DNA from: Schizochytrium sp. TIO01
Lineage: Eukaryota > Protista > Bigyra: Labyrinthulomycetes
DNA: 64,000 nucleotides
Direction: 5' to 3'
Assembly (NCBI GenBank): GCA_004764695.1
Contig: SMSO01000033.1
Location: 2,170,001-2,234,000 of the forward strand
Position 1 is the first letter of the stretch; every line of letters starts with the position of its first letter. Of the stretch, positions 11,194 to 20,265 are shown piece after piece. A program made the translations under genes and the position numbers. The notes under the pieces were generated by a model. That model was not told where the DNA came from, did no database searches, and was given only the letters and a program-made list of their open reading frames with translations.

Positions 11194-12984
11194 TTAGTTA
11201 ATTTCATATCCTATGGTATCGAAAACATCGCAAAAGGGCTTGCGAAAGTTGTTGATTGTTTCAAAAGGTATTCCCATGGAGAGAATGGATTGGTTCTGCG
11301 TGGGGTTAAAGTGAGGAAATACTGGCATCGAATACATATTCGATCCCCGAAGCCAAGGATGTTGATGTAACGCATTTGGATCGCCATTTGCAGCAAAATT
11401 GGCCCAAAGAGCTTGCATTTTAGCACTCAGGACCTCCTCTTCTGGTGTGAGAATGGGATGATTCCCGTCAGGTGAGAGAAAAAATGTATTAAAGAGGACA
11501 CTGAGGTCCGTGCCGTGGCAAACATATGGGATACATTCTGGATCTGTCTGATTCTGGATATAAACACTGAATGAATCCAAGTGGTTGTATAGATAGACAT
11601 AAACGGGCTGAGTCTTAGCTACATTAAAGGCAAATGAGCGAATTGAGCAAGTGAAGATGTAGTCCGTACCAATCTGTGCTAGAAAGGGCCGTGTATCCTC
11701 TCTATCATGAGTTTCATTCTCCACAGGTGGCCCATAAGCCTTGAACACCTTGAGAGAATTTTTAACACCAAAAATTGCTAGCATGAATAATTCATAGTCT
11801 AGCTTTGACATAGGCTCAGACGAGGCTTTCCAAATAAATTGCACCGCTTCATTTGCTACACTCCCGATAATAACCGGAACTGGAGCAAGCTTACCTCGAA
11901 TTGCTGCTTCAATAGGAGATAGTGGCAGCTCTACACCATCCACTACAGGCGTCCAAGGCATAAACTGATGCAAAATCATTCCTGGGCGCAAAGGAAATTT
12001 GATTCTCTCCTGTGCAGTGAGCACTACTTCCTCTGAAAGATTCCTCAAACAATCTTCCTCCTCTTCTATAGTTTCCCACCAACGATAACATCCAACATAG
12101 CGCACAAATGATTCGCTCAACATCTGAGACTTACTCTCAGTTTCTGTTGGTAGAGCCACTGGATCTGACATCACAATAGCATGCTGGAAAAGAGACCAGC
12201 TTCGTGGACTTGCAAGGTGAGAAGCTACAGCAAACCCTCCTGCACTTTGTCCAGATATTGTCACCTTGTAAGGGTCGCCACCAAAGGTTTGGATATTCTG
12301 TTGCACCCACCTAAGTAGCATTCTTTGATCCTGCAAATGAAAGTTCCCATGAATTGATCCCCTTTTAGTATATAGACCACCCAATACGCCAAGGCGATAG
12401 TTGAAAGTGACAATGAGCACCTCTTGAGCCGAGGCCCACCGAGATCCATGATAAAGTTTAACCCCTCCCGCTCCTGCAATATAGTTTCCTCCATGTATGA
12501 AAACGATCACTGGAAGAGAAGCTAGAGTGTAGCTTTCTTCTTGATTACGAGGAGTGAAGACATTCACGGTTAGGCAGTCTTCGGAAAATGATTTTGGGCA
12601 AGTCATTTCGGGTCTTGGTAGATCACAGGTCTGAATACATCCAGGGCCAAACTTCTTTGCATCGTAGACGCCCTGTGGAAATTTCTTGGGTGGTTGCGGT
12701 GCAGCAAACCGCAGTGAGCCGAGAGGAGGGGTCGCATAAGGGATGCCTTTATATACACAAGTTGGGAAATCAGCAAACCATTCGCCTCTCACCTCGCCTT
12801 GGCCTTCAAGCAATGCTCTACAAGAATTCGCAAATGCCAAACGGCCTCTTTCTACGACAGTCGTCTCAACCGCTTGCCCTGTTGATACCAGCACGTACAA
12901 AATCAGACTTGTCAAGAACTGCACTACTCTCCAAGCGCGAACAACGACTCCAGAACTGACGCAGAAAAGTCTCCAACAACGCAT
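11194..12984 (-). CDS. Type-B carboxylesterase/cholinesterase-like alpha/beta hydrolase, probably secreted
   Basis: GIPYATPP, SEDCLTVNVF, FIHGG oxyanion motif, FGGDP..VTISGQSAGG nucleophile elbow, candidate acid (NEA) and His (CHGTDL); hydrophobic N-terminus. Confidence 0.93.
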   Translation of the reverse strand: MRCWRLFCVSSGVVVRAWRVVQFLTSLILYVLVSTGQAVETTVVERGRLAFANSCRALLEGQGEVRGEWFADFPTCVYKGIPYATPPLGSLRFAAPQPPKKFPQGVYDAKKFGPGCIQTCDLPRPEMTCPKSFSEDCLTVNVFTPRNQEESYTLASLPVIVFIHGGNYIAGAGGVKLYHGSRWASAQEVLIVTFNYRLGVLGGLYTKRGSIHGNFHLQDQRMLLRWVQQNIQTFGGDPYKVTISGQSAGGFAVASHLASPRSWSLFQHAIVMSDPVALPTETESKSQMLSESFVRYVGCYRWWETIEEEEDCLRNLSEEVVLTAQERIKFPLRPGMILHQFMPWTPVVDGVELPLSPIEAAIRGKLAPVPVIIGSVANEAVQFIWKASSEPMSKLDYELFMLAIFGVKNSLKVFKAYGPPVENETHDREDTRPFLAQIGTDYIFTCSIRSFAFNVAKTQPVYVYLYNHLDSFSVYIQNQTDPECIPYVCHGTDLSVLFNTFFLSPDGNHPILTPEEEVLSAKMQALWANFAANGDPNALHQHPWLRGSNMYSMPVFPHFNPTQNQSILSMGIPFETINNFRKPFCDVFDTIGYEIN

Positions 12985-13429
12985 GTTGCGTAGCAGACCT
13001 AAAACAAGATCCTCACGCTCCTCCCCGTGATTGGTGCATCTAGAGTGTTGTTGATCAGATGGAATTGCTCGCTCTCAAATTGCTTTAGCTTTGGCTGCGA
13101 GAGAGAGAGAAGATCTGTCGGACCAAAATACTAGCACCTATTATGTAGACACCTACCTAATAATCCATAACACACACCCAAATAGGATCTAATAGTAAAG
13201 GTAAGTTCCTACTTCTATTGGTTAAGCAATACCGTTCAAGACCAAAAGTGTTGGTCTACATGTGGCGCTCTTCAGTTCCTGCCTTCTCACTAAAAGTTCG
13301 TGGTATAGTGCTACTGAAGAAAGGCAGGTAATCATTAGTAAATGGATAAAAGAAGATAAAGAAATACTGTGCAAATCTGCACATCCCATTTAGGAAAGCA
13401 AATATTCGTAATTATTTCATCATATTTAT

Positions 13430-15472
13430 TTAATGCATGTCCATAAAAGTTCCGAAGCCACATTCCTGCAGAGTTCGTTGGCTGGTTTCCCTTTGGTTAA
13501 GTGTTCCTGGGGGCGCTTGAGACCCTGCAGCAGCTTCTTGGGCCAAGAGCCAAGCGGGTTTAAGAAGATGTGCTCCCCGCCCACGACCAGCTGTGGCTGG
13601 TGGTGCACTGGGCGCACTTGCCGGTGTCATCGGGGTACTCAGGTCTGTATTAAAGCGAAACATGTTTGTCCCTTCTTCTGGCATGGGAATCCCATCTTGC
13701 GCAGCCTCGGATTCCTCCTCGTCTTCACAATCAACCCCAAAAAATTTATCCACAAGACGGTGGGCGCGATATGACAGCTCGGAGTGAGCAGGTGGGTACT
13801 GTTGCATTTCGATGTATTCAAGCCCATCAATTCCTTCGTAATCTAAAACAAGCTGCTTCCCTGAGCGACCACCAAGCCGGCTCGCTGCAAAGGGATTACT
13901 GAGGCGCACAAGCACCATTTCTACAAAATCAAGTGCACGATAAACGAGCTCTAGATCAGGTGCTTTAAGAAATGAAATTGCATTTTCCAGCACTGCAGGC
14001 TCGGTTTCTGTATTGAGAACACCGATAAGAATGGACTCATCATCACGGTTTACAAGGTTCACCATCGCTGTCGCGGCCGCGTTAATGTGCTCGGCACGAT
14101 AGTGTGTAAAATACATACAAATCGGTTTGGCAAAGCGTGCTACAAGCTCCTTTGCCACAGCAACCTCTTCTGGTGGGGGCGAGTCCATACGAGGCTTGGT
14201 GTTCAAGGTGAGCAAGTTAGCCACAGTCCAAAGAGCTTCGTTGGCTTGGCGCGCTGGAGCACCATCCGCGAGCATTCGTTGAAGGGCGTCGAGGAAGCCA
14301 GGTTGCTGGCAAACTAAAACCACAAGCGAGGTCTGCTGACCAGGGCGATTCATACGCAGTGGAACCAGGTTAGACAGAGCGCGAAGCGCCGGAACGCAAA
14401 TAGACAGCTGGCCTTCGCAGCCTGTGAAAATGCGCACAAGGTAGTTGAGAACTTTCTGGTGCACCATGATAATGCAAAGGTGCGGTTCTTTGGCGCTAAG
14501 GAATGTGATCGTCCACAGAACTTCAACTATCATAAGGCCAGCCTCAGACTGTGGCCCTGATTGGATTGCCACTTCCGTAAAGTTTTCCAGCAATTCCACA
14601 AGAGCCAAGTGCGCTGCGGCGGAGAAAAAGGCCTTTCCAGAGGTGTTGTTCCCGCGCGCGAGGTTACAAAGCGCCCAAGCTGCAGTGCGCTTTATGCGAA
14701 GGTCCGAAACATTCACTGGTTCACGGAGCAGCACAACCAAATGGGGAATGAGACCAAGTTCCTGAAGTTTCTCGCGAATGCCTTGATCGTCGGCCGCCAT
14801 ATTTCCAAGTGCCCATGCAGCTTGCTCCTGAAGTCTCTTCCGACCACGCATCACAAGCGTAGCCAGTGCATTTGCAGCGCAGACTGTAGATGTGGTCTGC
14901 TCCGAGTTTCCAGAGGCCAAGTTCGTGATGCACCAGGTAGCATCAAGGATAGTATCCTCGCTAAAAACATTTTCTGAGTCCTGCAGAATTGGCAAAAGCC
15001 TCCTTGCAAGTTGCTTTTCCGTGCATAATTGCATCACAACGTCGTTCGTAACACAAAAATCCCCATTAGGGCTCAAGTCGACGTCGAAGGTGTCTCCAGG
15101 CGCAAATGAAAGCCATGTGCGTAAATTTGAGATTGCAAGAGCTGCTTTCGTCGGGACCAAGACATCTTCAATGGCCTGTGAAACTTGATCTGCAGTATAT
15201 CCAGGGTGCATCTCGCCGTTAGAGCTTGATTTCTCAAGAGCCTTGCGACGTTTGGCTTGTGCCACAACGCCGCGTTGGCGTTTACGAATTTCGACGGATC
15301 GCCTCACCCGGCCTTCACGAGCTAGAGAAGTATCCAAAGACTTGCGAAACGAGCTCCTGCCAGAACTTCCTGGAGTTCCAAGTTCTGCGTCAAATGTACC
15401 GCTTCCGCGGCTTCGAAAGGAGCCACTCTCGCCGCCTTGGAGGTTATCAAAATGGAGACCTTGAAAGCTCAT
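13430..15472 (-). CDS. Importin-alpha-like armadillo-repeat protein (divergent)
   Basis: IBB-like basic segment RVRRSVEIRKRQR...AKRR and ARM repeats with W-x-x-x-N motifs (WCITNL, WALGNM, WALCNL, WTVANL). First ATG is at 15472; the ORF track starts at an upstream TTG (15496). Confidence 0.85.
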   Translation of the reverse strand: MSFQGLHFDNLQGGESGSFRSRGSGTFDAELGTPGSSGRSSFRKSLDTSLAREGRVRRSVEIRKRQRGVVAQAKRRKALEKSSSNGEMHPGYTADQVSQAIEDVLVPTKAALAISNLRTWLSFAPGDTFDVDLSPNGDFCVTNDVVMQLCTEKQLARRLLPILQDSENVFSEDTILDATWCITNLASGNSEQTTSTVCAANALATLVMRGRKRLQEQAAWALGNMAADDQGIREKLQELGLIPHLVVLLREPVNVSDLRIKRTAAWALCNLARGNNTSGKAFFSAAAHLALVELLENFTEVAIQSGPQSEAGLMIVEVLWTITFLSAKEPHLCIIMVHQKVLNYLVRIFTGCEGQLSICVPALRALSNLVPLRMNRPGQQTSLVVLVCQQPGFLDALQRMLADGAPARQANEALWTVANLLTLNTKPRMDSPPPEEVAVAKELVARFAKPICMYFTHYRAEHINAAATAMVNLVNRDDESILIGVLNTETEPAVLENAISFLKAPDLELVYRALDFVEMVLVRLSNPFAASRLGGRSGKQLVLDYEGIDGLEYIEMQQYPPAHSELSYRAHRLVDKFFGVDCEDEEESEAAQDGIPMPEEGTNMFRFNTDLSTPMTPASAPSAPPATAGRGRGAHLLKPAWLLAQEAAAGSQAPPGTLNQRETSQRTLQECGFGTFMDMH

Positions 15473-16607
15473 GTTGCCAAGCCAAGTCAATGTCAACGGC
15501 TACCCACAACTAAGCTTGATCAATATCTTCAATGGAACCCCCCCCGCCCAGTCTTCTCAAGACCTTGCAGTGCCCACGTCAAAGCCTCCAATCAGCTACT
15601 GTCCCCGCCCCCAAAAGCCACCAAGCACCGCTCTCGGGGATTGGATGTCCTCATGTAGCATTCATCATCTATCGCCATGTGACTTGCCAACGGTAGATTC
15701 AAGCTCTTCCTTGGGGGTTAATATAAAATTCTAAGTGCTCTTGTTTCTAACTTTCTAAGATATTCCAATGAAACCATGTGCTATCGGAGATTTTAAAACT
15801 TCCAAAGTACTCATCTCGGATAATCTTGGAGGAGAGTATAATGAGAGTTTGCAAAATAACTACTGCCATTTTAAATATGCTTGATAATGTATATAACCAA
15901 TGAGAACGCGGAGAATACCCCCTCCTGGCGCCGTTCACCGCTGGTGCGGGAGAACACTCGCTTCCTGTTCTTCTTTGCTTCTTGGCGAAGCTGGCCGTGT
16001 GTTTTTTCATTCTCTGCATCAATCGAAACTGCGAACCGTTCGCGGAAACTCATCGCTCATCGCACGCAGACAGACGAGTTTCATTTTTACTCCCACTCAG
16101 CCCAGGGGTCGTGGGAAGCTGAAGAACAGCAGCTTCTTTTGCAAGAACCATTGCACTCGATCGAGTTTAACATTCATTCACAGAGATCTATTGTAATTCT
16201 GATTTTGTACCTAGCGCGATCTCAGATTGATCGCTGTGAGTTACTCTACTGTATATCTTAGCGTTTACTTCACTTTTATGCACTATTCTCTACTGTAGCC
16301 ACAAGTTTCCTCTGCTGTATGGGGCCTCTTACTCTACTTGCGCACCAGCCATAGGACGCAGATTTGTTCTATTGTAGCTTCACGTATAGTCTACTTTATT
16401 CACTGGTAGCTCTATAGTACCCTACAGTGGGAAGGTAAAGACTGAATCAAACGCTGCCCTGGAAGGATCACAATGATCGAGAATGATAGTGATTGCGAAT
16501 AATATGAGGTATCTATTTGTTTTGTATTTCTGTGATTGTCCTTCAAGCAAATCCAGAACGCGACGCCGACTCGACATCTTTCCGAGTCCGCGAGCAAAAC
16601 TGCAACG

Positions 16608-17107
16608 GTGAGTATGTGCGATAGTGCTGGCGGCTGGGTTTCTACGCCACCGCCAGCTGGCGTTGGGGTGGTCTCTCTATATTGCCGTGTGTCCACGAAA
16701 GGGATCATGACTGAATGAACGGGTGACTGACGATTGAGCTTCTTCATATGCTTTATGTTCTTTTGGATTTGTTCTGTGTTTGTGCGCGGGCCTTGAATGC
16801 TATTGGATTTTGTGTGACGGTCGCACCTGGACCACGTGTCTTGGATGTGAATCCTTGACGATCGCTGCTGATGGATGTTAATCCTTTCGCGACTACTGGT
16901 TTTCGTGGCGTCGACCTAACCCCTGCGTTTTCGTTGCTTTCATTTGGTCTGATTCATGAACGCGATGCGATGGTTGACAACGATGAATTCACCATCGTTT
17001 TGCAAATCTGATGTTTTGTTTTCCTCGCAACATTGGACAACCCCCCTACTCTCGGACCTCCCGTGATGAATCAATGAATGAATAATGGATGCTATTAGAT
17101 TGCACAG
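16608..17107 (+). other. Putative 5'-UTR intron of the AspRS gene
   Basis: G|GTGAGT donor at 16608, T-rich interior, TTGCACAG acceptor ending 17107, about 60 nt upstream of the ATG at 17169. Confidence 0.5.
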
Positions 17108-17168
17108 AGATTTCGCCGTAGCTAGCGAGCGAATTTGATCGAATTAATTTATTCGCCGGATCGATACA

Positions 17169-19019
17169 ATGGCGGAAGAAGGCCAGAAGGAGGTGCCTGC
17201 TGAGGTCGCCGCTCTCCTCGAGCAGGTCGAGCAGCAGGGCGCCAAGGTCCGCGACCTCAAGGTCGCCCAGAAGGCGGGTGAGGCGACTGAAGATGAGGTG
17301 AAGGAGGCCGTTGGCGAGCTTCTCTCGCTCAAGTCCAAAATCCCTCCTGAGTTTGCCCCCACCCAGGGTGGTAAGGACAAGAAGAAGTCCAAGGAGAACG
17401 CTGGTAAGGCCCAGGACGAGCGTGCTCGCAAGAAGGAGCAGCGCCGTCTCGAGCGCGAGGCTGCCGCTCTTGCCAAGAAGGAGAAGGAGAACACCGAGCT
17501 CGGACCCGGTGTGCTCACTGAGACCTTCGGTGACCTTCCTCTTTCGCAGTCCCGCGATGAGGACCGCAAGGGTGAAAAGTGGACCTCCGTGAACCAGCTC
17601 ACTGAGGATCTTGCCGGCACTGAGGTGCTCTGCCGAGGCTACGTGCACACTGTTCGCGCACAGTCCAAGATGTCTTTCGTGGTCCTTCGCCAGCATGTGG
17701 CAACCGTGCAGTGCGTGGTGGCTGATGCTAAGATGGCCAAGTGGTGCTCGAGCCTTACGACTGAGTCCATCGTTGATATCCGCGGCGTGCTCGTCAAGTC
17801 GCCTGAGCCAACCTCGTGCACGCAGAGTGCTGTCGAGCTCCAGGTCAAGTCTCTCTTCGTTGTGAACCGTGCTGCTCTTCAGCTCCCGTTCCAGGTTGTC
17901 GATGCTGACCGCACCGCCGACGAGCTCGCCAAGATCGAGGAGGCTACCAGCAAGGGTGAAGCTGGTCTCGTTGTCGTTGGCCAGGAACTCAAGCTTGACC
18001 ACCGCCACCTGTCTCTGCGCACCCCGCTCCAGCAGGCTATCATGCGCGTTTCCTCTGCTGTCTGCCAGTACTTCCGTGAGTTCCTTCACGACCAGGGTTT
18101 CGTCGAGGTCCAGACCCCTAAGCTCCTTGGTGGCAGCTCGGAGGGTGGCAGTGAGGTTTTTAAGACCCAGTACTTCGGCAACGACTGCTGTCTTGCACAG
18201 TCCCCTCAGCTTCACAAGCAGATTCTTGCAGCTTGCAGTGGCTTCGAGCGTGTCTTCGAAATTGGCCCTGTCTTCCGCGCAGAGAACAGTAACACCGCAC
18301 GCCACCTTTGTGAGTTCCACGGCCTCGACGTTGAGATGTGCTTCAAGGAGCACTACCATGAGGTTCTCGACATGTTCTCCGACATGTTCTTCCACATTTT
18401 TGACAGCCTCAACGAGAAGAACAAGGTTGAGCTTGAGACCATCCGCAACTACTTCCCCAGCGACCCCGTCGTCTACCGTCCTCCTAAGGAGTTCGAGGGA
18501 AAGATTAAGACTGCTGGTACAAAGAGTAACACTCTCGTGCTCTCCTTTGCAGAGGGAATTGCTCTCCTCCGCGAGGACGGCATTGGCCCCGACGAGGCTC
18601 CGGATCTTGATGATCTCTCCACCCCGATCGAGAAGCGCCTTGGTGCTCTCGTGAAGGAGAAGTACGGCGTCGACTGGTACTTCCTTGACAAGTTCCCCAT
18701 GTCTGTGCGCCCGTTCTACACCATGCCGGATGCCGCAAACCCGGACTACTCGAACTCCTATGATTTCATGCTTCGCACTCAGGAGATCATGTCCGGTGCT
18801 CAGCGCGTGCACGACCCCGAGATGCTCTCCAAGGCTATCGCTGCCAAGGATATCCCGGTCGAGTCTCTGAAGTTCTACATTGATGCCTTCCGCCACGGTG
18901 CTCAGCCCCATGGTGGTGGTGGTATTGGTCTCGAGCGTCTTGTCATGCTCTTTACCGGATGCCCCAACATTCGCTACAGCTGCTTCTTTGTGCGTGACCC
19001 CACCCGCCTCACCCCGTAA
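17169..19019 (+). CDS. DARS1: Cytosolic aspartyl-tRNA synthetase with N-terminal WHEP domain
   Basis: OB-fold anticodon domain (RGYVHTVRAQSKMSFVVLRQ), LAQSPQL, motif 2 GPVFRAENSNTARHLCEF, EIMSGAQRVHD, motif 3 PHGGGGIGLERL, RDPTRLTP end. Strong C-ending codon bias typical of a highly expressed gene. Confidence 0.97.
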   Translation: MAEEGQKEVPAEVAALLEQVEQQGAKVRDLKVAQKAGEATEDEVKEAVGELLSLKSKIPPEFAPTQGGKDKKKSKENAGKAQDERARKKEQRRLEREAAALAKKEKENTELGPGVLTETFGDLPLSQSRDEDRKGEKWTSVNQLTEDLAGTEVLCRGYVHTVRAQSKMSFVVLRQHVATVQCVVADAKMAKWCSSLTTESIVDIRGVLVKSPEPTSCTQSAVELQVKSLFVVNRAALQLPFQVVDADRTADELAKIEEATSKGEAGLVVVGQELKLDHRHLSLRTPLQQAIMRVSSAVCQYFREFLHDQGFVEVQTPKLLGGSSEGGSEVFKTQYFGNDCCLAQSPQLHKQILAACSGFERVFEIGPVFRAENSNTARHLCEFHGLDVEMCFKEHYHEVLDMFSDMFFHIFDSLNEKNKVELETIRNYFPSDPVVYRPPKEFEGKIKTAGTKSNTLVLSFAEGIALLREDGIGPDEAPDLDDLSTPIEKRLGALVKEKYGVDWYFLDKFPMSVRPFYTMPDAANPDYSNSYDFMLRTQEIMSGAQRVHDPEMLSKAIAAKDIPVESLKFYIDAFRHGAQPHGGGGIGLERLVMLFTGCPNIRYSCFFVRDPTRLTP

Positions 19020-20265
19020 ACTTCTTTCTTGCCTCAGAAGTACCTGCAACACTATACCAACTGGCAGTACCACTTTTCCAACTCCATCCATCAAGGGGCT
19101 GCCATATCAAAAGCTCAAGCATGGACTACGGAATTGATGAGCAAGAGAAGAACACCTGCTTAGGCAACTTGTTGTTGTTGTTATTGTTGTTTGTATCTTT
19201 TCTAATTCTCTAAATCTATATGGAGAAGTCAATTCTGTATGCGTTATTCTTGGTGGTACTGCATGTGCATGTCTGGTCCGCCAGCTCGGCCAGCAAGTTG
19301 TTCATTTCATGAAAATGATGACAACAAACATGAAAAGAACAAGAAGGACAGAAGGTCTTTGACGTACTACTCACTCTAACACTATGAAACACCACAATGA
19401 TCCAAATGTGCAAAAACACGCAAGAAAACAGATGCGCTTGCATGGGGAGCCGTAGAATCTGAACCATCATCTAGCTGGCCTTGTGCAATCACCCCATATT
19501 TTCTCTTTTTGTCATTTACAACTTTTCTCCTTGTATCATTTTCCCCTCCCAGCACCCAACCTGCGGTTACCTGCGTAATTGTCAATCTGACATTTTATGC
19601 CCTAGTACATTTCTCGGGTGCGGGCTCCTAATGTATCTTGAAATAATATATAGCATGTTGGAATGCTGCCTCTGCTTCCACTCAAATTGCAAACACCGTT
19701 CTGCGACCTTCTTTCCCGTCATAAGTCGTCCGGTTTTCCCCATTGCGATCGGTTTCAACACATTCGGGTTCTCCTTTCTGAATGGTTCTGAAATTGTTTA
19801 TACTATATCCGCATCGTCCCTTCGTGCGTAGTTCCCACACAGAGTGAGAACGCACGGATATATGAATATATCCAACTCCTGCTTTTGTTAAATGGTCTGT
19901 CAGATTAAATTCCACCATGGGATGTATGTATGTCTGTATGTATGTGTGTTTCTATCTTCACCAAGTCGTACCTAGCTATTAGCTGTCTTAGCAATATGAC
20001 TACCTACCATCTATGTACTTATCGTAGCTATCTTCTAGCCCCTCCAAAAAGGCAGACTTCAAAACCAGAACCAAGTTATAGAGTCCAACACCACCGTGGG
20101 GCTTGAGCTCGTTGTTGGGTGCATAGTTCAGACTTGCCCTCTAGCTTGGACTTCTCTATTCATTTTTAAAGGAACCGCAGTTTGCTGATTCGCTTGCCTT
20201 GTTTTGGTTTGTCTTGATCGATCAACTTTGCGTCACATAAATTGTAGTCCAAGATATAATTGCTC

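Noticed and set aside
17046-19094. 682-aa antisense ORF overlapping AspRS (and the 261-aa alternative-frame ORF at 17869-18654)
   Set aside because: Shadow ORFs explained by the strong codon bias of the AspRS gene, which avoids TTA/CTA/TCA codons and so removes antisense stops; no recognisable domain.
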